Shown: one piece after another, positions 54,030-61,748 of the stretch
Position numbering within the stretch: the stretch's first letter is position 1
How the letters are laid out: every line of letters begins with the position of its first letter
Virus record (IMG/VR): IMGVR_UViG_3300041411_000178
Location: 160,005-224,004 of that record
Strand: one strand, 5' to 3'
DNA length: 64,000 bases
Made by a program: the position numbers and the translations under genes
The notes under the pieces: model-generated
Told to the model about the DNA's origin: nothing
The model's input: only the letters and a program-made list of their open reading frames with translations
Databases searched by the model: none

Positions 54030-54079
54030 CTAACTACAGGAGCCCCACAAGGCTCCTGTAGTTAGGTTTATGGCTGCTT
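54030..54079 (+). terminator. hairpin plus TTATGGCTGCTT signal at a convergent junction
   Basis: CTAACTACAGGAGCC/GGCTCCTGTAGTTAG stem, with the 12-mer at 54068-54079. Confidence 0.7.
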
Positions 54080-54080
54080 G

Positions 54081-54902
54081 TTAACGCAGGGCGGAGATAG
54101 TCTTGACTTGTTCGTTGAACACTGCTGTGAGGTCGTTCAGGAGCACCAGGATGGCACCCGACAGGTTCACCAGGCCAACAAACTTGTTGATGATGGTTTC
54201 GATGTCGTCGATGCCTTGTTCGTTGATGACCAGATCGTTCGACTGGATCTTGTGCGTCAGCAGTTGGCCCAGTTCATAGACGTTGTTCAGCTCTTTGGCC
54301 AGCATTTCGATATCGCGGGCACCCAGGGTCTGTACAGTGTCGTTGAAGGTGTCAACGCAGGCGAAGAACTCGTCGAAGTTGAAGTACACTTGACCCAGGG
54401 AGAACTTCAGTTTACGGCTACCGGTGGGCAGTTGGCGTACGAAGTTTTCGGTCTTGCTCAGTGCATTGTCGAAGTCGCGGATGCTCCAGCCGAAACTGCG
54501 ATCGATACGACCATTACGAATGACTTGTTTCAGCCAATCATATAGTCTCGACGCTTCGGTTTTCAAACTGCACACGATGTAGATGCCATCGGTCACCGCT
54601 TTGGTATGGGCCATCATGTTACCCATGCCCACAGAGTAACCTTCTGGAGCGAGGATCTCTACGCCGGTGTTCTTCACGTACATCACTTTGTTGGCGGTGA
54701 TGTTGTGTTGTGCTGGAGACGCGTCCACCTTGTGGATCGACTTGCTCAGCATGGCCATGCGGTTGTCGATCGAGGAAGTGAACTCTTTAAAGAACAGCTT
54801 AAGGTTTTCACCGATACTCAGGGCTTCGAAGCCTTGAACGGTAAAGGGTTCTGGTTTCTGAACCAGCGCCAAGTAGTTCGGGGTGTCGGTGGATTGTTCC
54901 AT
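54081..54902 (-). CDS. virion head protein (phiKZ gp153-like by synteny)
   Basis: Opposite strand, between the RNase H-like and UvsX genes; candidate G-F-E processing site. Confidence 0.7.
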   Translation of the reverse strand: MEQSTDTPNYLALVQKPEPFTVQGFEALSIGENLKLFFKEFTSSIDNRMAMLSKSIHKVDASPAQHNITANKVMYVKNTGVEILAPEGYSVGMGNMMAHTKAVTDGIYIVCSLKTEASRLYDWLKQVIRNGRIDRSFGWSIRDFDNALSKTENFVRQLPTGSRKLKFSLGQVYFNFDEFFACVDTFNDTVQTLGARDIEMLAKELNNVYELGQLLTHKIQSNDLVINEQGIDDIETIINKFVGLVNLSGAILVLLNDLTAVFNEQVKTISALR

Positions 54903-55005
54903 TACTGACCTCTGTATTTCTATAGTTTGGGGGAGGGCAGCTGCCCAGTAATAATTGGGCGGATTGGCCCTGGATTGAATTCATAACATTATCAGGAAGG
55001 TTGCA

Positions 55006-56499
55006 ATGGCGAGTACAAGTCCGTTTTCTTTTGTTGAGGCGATCAAATCATCGGATTCACTGATTCCAGCTTATAACGTATCGCCGATCAACGACATGGT
55101 CAACGGCGAACACGTGATCGGCCCGAACGGTATCACGTACCTCAACGGCGGTGCATGCCGTAACAACGCAGTGTGTGGCGGTAACAACACACAGAAGACT
55201 GGTGAAGCCGTACTGCAAATCGTGCGCATGCTGTTCCGTATTCCAACGTCACTCGCGTTCATCATGGATATCGAGGCCACGTTGTCGATCAAACGTATGG
55301 CCGACATGTACGACCGGGAATGTGGGATTCCGGGCTACTTCATGGAACACGTTCTCAACAAACGTCTGTTCTACTTCAACCGTAACGACCACAAAGCCAA
55401 CCCATTCGGCCGGCATGATCCAAAGGCTGAGATCGCTGGTGTTGATGGCACCTGGGTGCATAACTTCTTCAAAGACCTGAACGTCAAGGTTAAAGAGGAC
55501 ATCAAAGCCAAGAAAGACATTTACATCGAAACCCCGTACTTGGGTAACGACGGTTTGCCAATCAAGCTGATCACTCCGATCATTACCTTTGTGGACTCGA
55601 TCTCCGAGATGCACTTCCACAAGGTGTCGGCACACTTCCAAGACGGTGACGTCGACGAAGGCGGTGAGAAGCGTACCCGTGACATGGCCATCGGCAACAT
55701 GAAGCGCATCGTCTATGAAGACGCTGACGTACTCGGTGGTGAAGTGGGCTGCGTGCAGTTCTGGACTGCTCAGGTTGTTGAGACCATCAACATGTCCGGC
55801 CGCCCCCAGGAAAAGGAATCGGTCTTCATCCGTCCTGGTAAGAAACTCAAGGGACCTAAGTCTCTGATGCGTATCCCACAAGTAGGCTGGGAGATCATCA
55901 AAGGTTCCGCTCTGAAAAGTGGCCAGGAATGGCTGTACCCTAATCCTTATGGACGCGACATTGTTCTCGATGCAGATGCTAAAGAAAACCCTGACCTTCT
56001 GTTTTACCCATTCACTGCTTATCGTAACAAGAGTGGTTCTAGTGGTGGCAGCTTCTTCTTTATTGGTTCCCAAAGTTTAGGGATCCAGGAAGGCCTGACC
56101 ATGTATCATGCTATGAAAACGAACGGCATGTTTGGTCTTGAAGGCTCGGCGATCAGCCACGTTTGCGTTCTGTATCCGGAATGTAAGCTGGGTCGCACCA
56201 CTGTCTGGGAAAAGACCCTGACCGATGCCAAGCTGGAGCGCGCGCTAACGATCTGCTACCAGATGCTGCACATGCAAGCCTTCTGGCTGGATACACCAAA
56301 GCGTTACCGTTTGACCCCACAAGAGCTCTATACTAAAATCAAAGAGCAGGGGTATAGCTGGGACGACATTCTGGAAAACACCGTGTACTACTGGCACACG
56401 AACCCAGAGATCAAGAAGCACACCGTCTCGACTATGGAGCTGCTGAAAATCGCCATTGGCGAACGTAAACCGTACTGGCTGGAAAAAGCCGCTAAGTAA
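55006..56499 (+). CDS. uvsX: UvsX/RecA-like recombinase (phiKZ gp152-like)
   Basis: Walker A-like VCGGNNTQKT, FIMDIEAT, Walker B ITFVDSISE, FWTAQV and AYRNKSGSSG; synteny. Confidence 0.75.
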   Translation: MASTSPFSFVEAIKSSDSLIPAYNVSPINDMVNGEHVIGPNGITYLNGGACRNNAVCGGNNTQKTGEAVLQIVRMLFRIPTSLAFIMDIEATLSIKRMADMYDRECGIPGYFMEHVLNKRLFYFNRNDHKANPFGRHDPKAEIAGVDGTWVHNFFKDLNVKVKEDIKAKKDIYIETPYLGNDGLPIKLITPIITFVDSISEMHFHKVSAHFQDGDVDEGGEKRTRDMAIGNMKRIVYEDADVLGGEVGCVQFWTAQVVETINMSGRPQEKESVFIRPGKKLKGPKSLMRIPQVGWEIIKGSALKSGQEWLYPNPYGRDIVLDADAKENPDLLFYPFTAYRNKSGSSGGSFFFIGSQSLGIQEGLTMYHAMKTNGMFGLEGSAISHVCVLYPECKLGRTTVWEKTLTDAKLERALTICYQMLHMQAFWLDTPKRYRLTPQELYTKIKEQGYSWDDILENTVYYWHTNPEIKKHTVSTMELLKIAIGERKPYWLEKAAK

Positions 56500-56514
56500 T
56501 GCGGCAATGTATAG

Positions 56515-56547
56515 GGGACTCAATTCATCGAGTCCCTTTTCTTATTT
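56515..56547 (+). terminator. intrinsic terminator
   Basis: GGGACTC/GAGTCCC stem then TTTTCTTATTT. Confidence 0.6.
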
Positions 56548-56562
56548 AGGGGATTGGAGCAA

Positions 56563-56937
56563 ATGGATACTCAACAATGTGGCAATGTCGTACTCGTGGT
56601 TGTCGACAGTAACTTCATCAATCTGTGCGCAGACCCTTTTGGTTACATGGCTCGTTTGAAAGCCAAACTGACCGAACAGTCCGCTGATCAAGGTCTTACC
56701 ATGTTCACTGTTTCTGGTAAGTACGGACTGAGCAACATTGACGATTCGATCGGGGTTATTCCGGTCGATGACAAGAACAAGACTGTGTTTGGTCAAACGT
56801 TGGAAAACGTAACCATGCTGTTCGATAAGCTGGTAACCATCACGATCGCCCAGAACGATCCCTTCCTCTCGATGGCCTGTGAGGTGGTGACCAACGCCAA
56901 CAAGCCTTACACCAAGTACGGGTACCAGAGGAAGTAA
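56563..56937 (+). CDS. hypothetical protein (124 aa)
   Basis: GGAG RBS before ATG 56563. Confidence 0.75.
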   Translation: MDTQQCGNVVLVVVDSNFINLCADPFGYMARLKAKLTEQSADQGLTMFTVSGKYGLSNIDDSIGVIPVDDKNKTVFGQTLENVTMLFDKLVTITIAQNDPFLSMACEVVTNANKPYTKYGYQRK

Positions 56938-56940
56938 ACC

Positions 56941-57621
56941 ATGTCAAAGAACCGTAAGGGATTCGAGGACTTTATCCTGACGTTTATGGGTAAGGTCACG
57001 AAGGGCGGTGGTAACCGTGTTATCTACGAGCGGTTATTCAAAGCCCTGAACGATAAACAGTTTGACGAGTTCATGGTCAAGCTGGAAGAAATCGGTGTGT
57101 TGGCCATCTGGGGGAGTAACGATAACCCCGATGAGATGATCGATTGGGAAAACCTGAAGAAGCTGGCCAAGGAGTACAACGTCTCCCTGGAACAGCGTCT
57201 GGTCATCTACGACGAGGAAACGGGCATCAAGTCGATGACACCGTACACCGCGATCGTGGGTACCGATGTGCTGCGTAAACAACGTCAGATGTGGGTAAAA
57301 AAGTTCTCCGCTGCCAAAGACGACACAGCCATCGACGACCTCACAGGGCAGGTCATGGGTGACAGCCGTTCCACGGGCATTAGCCAACCTGAGATTACTG
57401 TTCTTCGTAACCTCGGGCTGACCATCATGGCCAACGAACTGTATAACGTCAAGGGTGGTGATCAGCAAGCCCTGCGTGCGTACAAGAACGACATCCTCAC
57501 CACGGGTAAAACCAACACCAACTCCAGCCTGGCTCGGGGTGACATCGCCAAGGTGTTGAAAACTGCGTACCACTGGCTACGCGCTCGTGGTATCGACAAC
57601 AACATGAACTCCCGGAGTTAA
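56941..57621 (+). CDS. virion RNA polymerase beta subunit, C-terminal fragment (phiKZ gp149-like)
   Basis: TGQVMGDSRSTGISQPEITVLRNLGLTIMANELYNVKGGD parallels RpoB [43 protein letters not shown]; synteny with UvsX. Confidence 0.8.
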   Translation: MSKNRKGFEDFILTFMGKVTKGGGNRVIYERLFKALNDKQFDEFMVKLEEIGVLAIWGSNDNPDEMIDWENLKKLAKEYNVSLEQRLVIYDEETGIKSMTPYTAIVGTDVLRKQRQMWVKKFSAAKDDTAIDDLTGQVMGDSRSTGISQPEITVLRNLGLTIMANELYNVKGGDQQALRAYKNDILTTGKTNTNSSLARGDIAKVLKTAYHWLRARGIDNNMNSRS

Positions 57622-57629
57622 GGTGTACC

Positions 57630-58058
57630 ATGGATGACATGAATGACCTGTTACACCTTAAGCTGGTGATCAACAATGCTTTAATCGATCTACAGCCTAA
57701 GGAGATTCCCAAGCTGAAGATCCCGCTGTCGACTATCTTCCTGGTGCCGTTGGTGCGGTTCGGTGAAGCCTATGACTCGTTCTTTAAGGGCGTAGGTGGT
57801 GATGGCGAGGCTTACGACGCTTGGATCAACTTCCAGATGCAAGTACTCACTGACCTGGGTGCCGCACGTGAAGATCTGATCGAGAAGTTCGAGAAGCTGC
57901 TGACCAACGTAATTGCCGGCACACCAGGCGGCGAAGCGGCGAAGTTGCATGACGACCGCGGTGCTCTGTCTTACCTCATTCTGCTGGCTACCCGCGTGTA
58001 TGGCGATGCCATGAAGCTGGAAGTGCCCGAGCCAGTCGAGAAGGATGAGAAGAAATGA
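57630..58058 (+). CDS. hypothetical protein (142 aa)
   Basis: AAGG RBS; in the operon. Confidence 0.75.
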   Translation: MDDMNDLLHLKLVINNALIDLQPKEIPKLKIPLSTIFLVPLVRFGEAYDSFFKGVGGDGEAYDAWINFQMQVLTDLGAAREDLIEKFEKLLTNVIAGTPGGEAAKLHDDRGALSYLILLATRVYGDAMKLEVPEPVEKDEKK

Positions 58059-58792
58059 ACAAGGTCCTGGAAGTCTACACGGAACTGGATTGCATCTACG
58101 ATCCCCGTCGTGGGTTGCTCAGTCTGCTGATGACGGAAGGCATTGAAGATGATGCCAAACGTAAAGCAGAAGGCAATCGTCTCTGGGACCTGCACGTGGC
58201 CGATAACTACAAAGCTCGTGAGATGGACACCTTCAGCTTCCCGTTCTTCAACATCGATCGGGAGAAGTATGAAGAGGCGTGGAAGAATCGTTCGATCAGT
58301 TCGTGGCTGATGTATTACCCGTCTAACTTCTACAATGAATTTATCCGCACTGTGGTGGGTTTGGAGCAGTTGGACGAGAAGCCGCTGGCGATCAAGACGG
58401 TTAACCTCAACGTCAACATCTACCCTTACGAACTTGACCAGGAAATGATCGATGAGTTTGTCCTTCATTGCCGCGGTGCGTTCAAAGGGCTGGTAACGGT
58501 CAAGACGTTCAGCAGTGATCCGTCGAAGATGACCGCTCAGTATTACAAGCAGTTCCGCTACGTGTTCAAGTACGACTCGTTGATCGGCGAGAACTCCAAG
58601 CTGCTGATGGAGTCTTTGAAAGACAACCCGATTCCGAAAACAGCGTTTATCGTGCCGGATATCCTGGCCAAGAAACTCGACACCTTTACCGGTAGTGTTT
58701 CTGACCTGATCTTCAGTATGAGTATGGCCTTGGGTACGTCCATCACCCTGGTGCCGATTAAGCATCAGTTCTTTGATTATGCGGAAAAATAA
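58055..58792 (+). CDS. conserved phiKZ-like hypothetical protein (245 aa)
   Basis: ATGA coupling; YTELDCIYDPRRG and NVNIYPY. Confidence 0.8.
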   Translation: MNKVLEVYTELDCIYDPRRGLLSLLMTEGIEDDAKRKAEGNRLWDLHVADNYKAREMDTFSFPFFNIDREKYEEAWKNRSISSWLMYYPSNFYNEFIRTVVGLEQLDEKPLAIKTVNLNVNIYPYELDQEMIDEFVLHCRGAFKGLVTVKTFSSDPSKMTAQYYKQFRYVFKYDSLIGENSKLLMESLKDNPIPKTAFIVPDILAKKLDTFTGSVSDLIFSMSMALGTSITLVPIKHQFFDYAEK

Positions 58793-58801
58793 TCCTGCTA
58801 A

Positions 58802-58842
58802 CTAGAGTGGAGGCATTGCCTCCACTCTAGCCTTTATGCTGT
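58802..58842 (+). terminator. long palindromic hairpin with a TTTATGCTG tail at a convergent junction
   Basis: CTAGAGTGGAGGCA-T-TGCCTCCACTCTAG then CCTTTATGCTGTT. Confidence 0.7.
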
Positions 58843-58851
58843 TAAATGTTT

Positions 58852-59421
58852 TTACACCGTGTTGCCATCTATATCGACAATCGAGTTACCCTGTACCAAT
58901 TCTTCCGGCTTGATAGGGGCTACGTCTTTATTGCCTTCCAGCAAGGACTTGCTCGGATCCAGCAAGAAGTTCGATACGTCGAACACCGGCAAGGCAACTG
59001 CGCCGCTGCTGATGGTCTTCATGGCTTCCAGCATTTGGTTGAACGCCAGTACGTTGGTTTCGCCTTCTTTCTTTTTCGCCTTCTCTTTGCGGTTATCACG
59101 GACAACCTTTTCCATGTGACCGAGCAGAGAGGAGACGCCTTCCAGCAGAGATGCACTGCTAGGTTTACTGAGGTATTGCTGCATGGCGTACTTCAGCATC
59201 AGCGCACGACTGTTCTGGATGGCTTCAACCAGTTTGTTCTGGTCTTCATCTTCCAAGTCGGCGATCAGTGACTTACGCAAGAGTTCCATTGCAGCAGCAG
59301 CTTCGTCGTCTTCGGTCTGGTGCTTCTTATCCAGGTCGGACAGCTTGTCTGCAAAGGGAGAGATTTCTTTGGGTGGTGGTGTCGGCTCTACTGGTTTTAC
59401 TGCTTCTTCTGTGGTGTCCAT
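58852..59421 (-). CDS. conserved hypothetical (possibly virion) protein (189 aa)
   Basis: Clean ORF between a hairpin and a divergent promoter; helical. Confidence 0.75.
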   Translation of the reverse strand: MDTTEEAVKPVEPTPPPKEISPFADKLSDLDKKHQTEDDEAAAAMELLRKSLIADLEDEDQNKLVEAIQNSRALMLKYAMQQYLSKPSSASLLEGVSSLLGHMEKVVRDNRKEKAKKKEGETNVLAFNQMLEAMKTISSGAVALPVFDVSNFLLDPSKSLLEGNKDVAPIKPEELVQGNSIVDIDGNTV

Positions 59422-59425
59422 AATT

Positions 59426-59442
59426 TTTTAAACCTATATTAC
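59426..59442 (+). promoter_or_regulatory. putative early promoter motif
   Basis: TTTTAAACCTATATTAC followed by TAGTCTG. Confidence 0.6.
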
Positions 59443-59472
59443 TAGTCTGAGAACAGTAAGGGGCATGAGTTC

Positions 59473-60099
59473 ATGATACTCACCAAGCGGTCCATGTTGC
59501 AGGTACTCGGCAAGTTTCCGATTGTAGGGAAATGGGCGCAACTGGAACACTATTCCCAGTTGCTGAATCAATTCGATGAGGTTCAGAGAGGTTACGGTAC
59601 CGCAAGGGTCCGTTTTATTGACTCTGTGACACTTCTATACGATGCGTTGCTACAACTCACTACCGTTGAGCTGACGGAAGATTTCGACTGGTTCTATACC
59701 CTAGAGTTAAGTGTTTACACGCGGACCTCTGGGGATGCTTACAAGCTGTTAGAAGGGCTGTTACGCGGTAACCCCGTCAAGGTGGAAGATGCTTTCCGTA
59801 GTTTTGGCGTGGGCAGTAAGGTACCATTCATGGACTGGTACAGCAGTGGTTATACAACAGAACTCTTCTTTACGCATGGGGTTAACCTGGTCAAGCGGTA
59901 CTGCGAGCACCACACAGCAGAACTGTCACCTGAGCAGGCTAAGGCTAAGCAGAGTTCCTTCAACCCACCACTCGATGCATTTTTGACGAGCAAGCACTTC
60001 AAAATGTTAACTGAAGATCTTATCGCCATTGCTCGGTTAATTGTGCAATCACAGCTAAGGGTGCTCAATGGAGAAGCCAAAGAAAAACCTACGGGCTAA
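59473..60099 (+). CDS. hypothetical protein (208 aa)
   Basis: Downstream of the promoter motif; overlaps the next gene. Confidence 0.75.
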   Translation: MILTKRSMLQVLGKFPIVGKWAQLEHYSQLLNQFDEVQRGYGTARVRFIDSVTLLYDALLQLTTVELTEDFDWFYTLELSVYTRTSGDAYKLLEGLLRGNPVKVEDAFRSFGVGSKVPFMDWYSSGYTTELFFTHGVNLVKRYCEHHTAELSPEQAKAKQSSFNPPLDAFLTSKHFKMLTEDLIAIARLIVQSQLRVLNGEAKEKPTG

Positions 60100-60511
60100 C
60101 CAACTCGACAGTATCTCGCACAAATATGTAGACGACGACCAACTACAGGACACTCCTGCGCGGTTGTTTCGTAAGCTGTTGCGCAAGATGGATATGAACC
60201 CACGCAAGTGGGTTAGTTATCTCCGGGATTACCTGGACTGGCGGGTAACGACCGAAGATCCTGATAAAGCAAAAGAGGAACGCACCACTCGAACTGGCAA
60301 TATCAAGGACACGTACTTCCAGAAGCCTGGTCTTACATTCAGCAAGTTTCTGGAAGGACTTTCAATTTTAAGGATGTCCAAGGTAGAGATTATCTTCAGG
60401 GTAACTGACACCGAAGGCAAGGTATATGAAGTATCGGAAGTACAGCGCATTGTGGGTAAAGACCGCAGCTCGCTTCTTCCGGTACGCGATGACGAACCTG
60501 AAAGTTCTTGA
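60068..60511 (+). CDS. conserved phiKZ-like hypothetical protein (147 aa)
   Basis: RLFRKLL...RTGNI...LTFSKFLEGLSIL; followed by a terminator. Confidence 0.75.
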   Translation: MEKPKKNLRANQLDSISHKYVDDDQLQDTPARLFRKLLRKMDMNPRKWVSYLRDYLDWRVTTEDPDKAKEERTTRTGNIKDTYFQKPGLTFSKFLEGLSILRMSKVEIIFRVTDTEGKVYEVSEVQRIVGKDRSSLLPVRDDEPESS

Positions 60512-60523
60512 CCGGTACGGTAT

Positions 60524-60565
60524 AGGTGGGGGAATTCCCCCACCTCAACCTCCTTTATTTTTTGT
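60524..60565 (+). terminator. perfect 22-nt palindrome plus T-rich tail
   Basis: AGGTGGGGGAATTCCCCCACCT then CAACCTCCTTTATTTTTTG. Confidence 0.6.
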
Positions 60566-60581
60566 TTATCGGAGACACTCC

Positions 60582-61685
60582 ATGGACTTATTCAGCGGAC
60601 TGGATCTCAATCCATCTGTCACCAGTTTCCAAAGCAACACCAATACCGCCATGAAGTCGGTCAAGGAATCCTCCCTCACACCGGCTGACGTTACTACAGC
60701 GAACCAGAAACAGGGTGTGGCGTTAAAAACCAGTCGTGACACTGGTGTAATGGGGACCATCTCTGAGTACCGCTCTACGGCCGTAGAACAACTGAACGGC
60801 ATTATTGGTTCTCTGTCGGGCGGTACGCTTAACCTGAAGGACCTGACCAAAAGTATCCGCATGGGACCTGACGGGATCACCTTCAGTGACAACGCGATCA
60901 TCTCGGCAGTATCGGGTGCAGCGGGTTACAAGGTTAGTGGGCAAAGCGGGGCTGCTCGTGCACTGTCTGCTTCCTTGGCGGCAGAGTTCAAGAAGATCAC
61001 TGGCTTGAACATCGGCAATATCTTGACCACGAATGGCACTAAGTTCCGGGTCAATGATAACTGGCGTGGACAGTTGGGTAAACAAACCCTGAACATGCTC
61101 GGTAAGGCGGCAGGACTGGATGACTTGCTGGACGTCAGTGTTAAGGGGGCGTTCTACAACAGCGTCCTGAAGAATGCGACGATATTCGGTATGTCGGACA
61201 GCTACCGCAAGATCTGGGATTCTTATCCGAAAGGGTTTGACCTGATCAAGCGAGATGCGGCCATTGAAGCCATGGAGAACGTGATTACAAATGGTGACGT
61301 TGAATCCATGGATGCGATGCTGAAGTTGTTTGACACGCAGACCAAGAACGTACTGCTGGGTAAGTATCCGCGATTCGTTTCTATTCTGTTCAGTAACTTC
61401 CGTTTTGACAAGACGGCTATCCCGGAAGAGTATCCAATCATCCGGGCTAAACTGTTGGCGATCCTGGAAGACTTGATTGGACCTGAGTGGTACATGAAAC
61501 AGACTTACTTCGGTAAGGTTCTGGATCTGGGTCTGATGAACAACGCCAGTCCTGATCTGAAGACCCTGCTGCAACCAGTGGACGATTTGGTTCCTCTGTT
61601 GTGCACAGCAGGTATGTTCCACGATGCTTCGGCATTGGGTCAACTGCGGGGTCAATTCCCGGGTGCTGCAAAGTACGCTTTCTAA
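60582..61685 (+). CDS. probable virion structural protein (367 aa)
   Basis: GGAG RBS before ATG 60582; Ser/Thr/Gly-rich N-half typical of phiKZ-like structural proteins. Confidence 0.7.
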   Translation: MDLFSGLDLNPSVTSFQSNTNTAMKSVKESSLTPADVTTANQKQGVALKTSRDTGVMGTISEYRSTAVEQLNGIIGSLSGGTLNLKDLTKSIRMGPDGITFSDNAIISAVSGAAGYKVSGQSGAARALSASLAAEFKKITGLNIGNILTTNGTKFRVNDNWRGQLGKQTLNMLGKAAGLDDLLDVSVKGAFYNSVLKNATIFGMSDSYRKIWDSYPKGFDLIKRDAAIEAMENVITNGDVESMDAMLKLFDTQTKNVLLGKYPRFVSILFSNFRFDKTAIPEEYPIIRAKLLAILEDLIGPEWYMKQTYFGKVLDLGLMNNASPDLKTLLQPVDDLVPLLCTAGMFHDASALGQLRGQFPGAAKYAF

Positions 61686-61691
61686 AACACC

Positions 61692-61735
61692 CTATAACCC
61701 CTCCTACCCCGCAAAGGGTAGGAGGGGTTATAGTT
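61692..61735. terminator. bidirectional hairpin at a convergent junction
   Basis: CTATAACCCCTCCTACC/GGTAGGAGGGGTTATAG; the 26-nt core is identical to the reverse complement of 27427-27452. Confidence 0.7.
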
Positions 61736-61748
61736 ACCACTAAGTTTT

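Noticed and set aside
55160-55205. Non-canonical Walker A (GGNNTQKT) suggesting an inactive UvsX
   Set aside because: As I recall, phiKZ-like UvsX proteins commonly have a non-Gly residue before the Lys, and Lys-Thr and Walker B are retained, so it is not evidence of inactivation.
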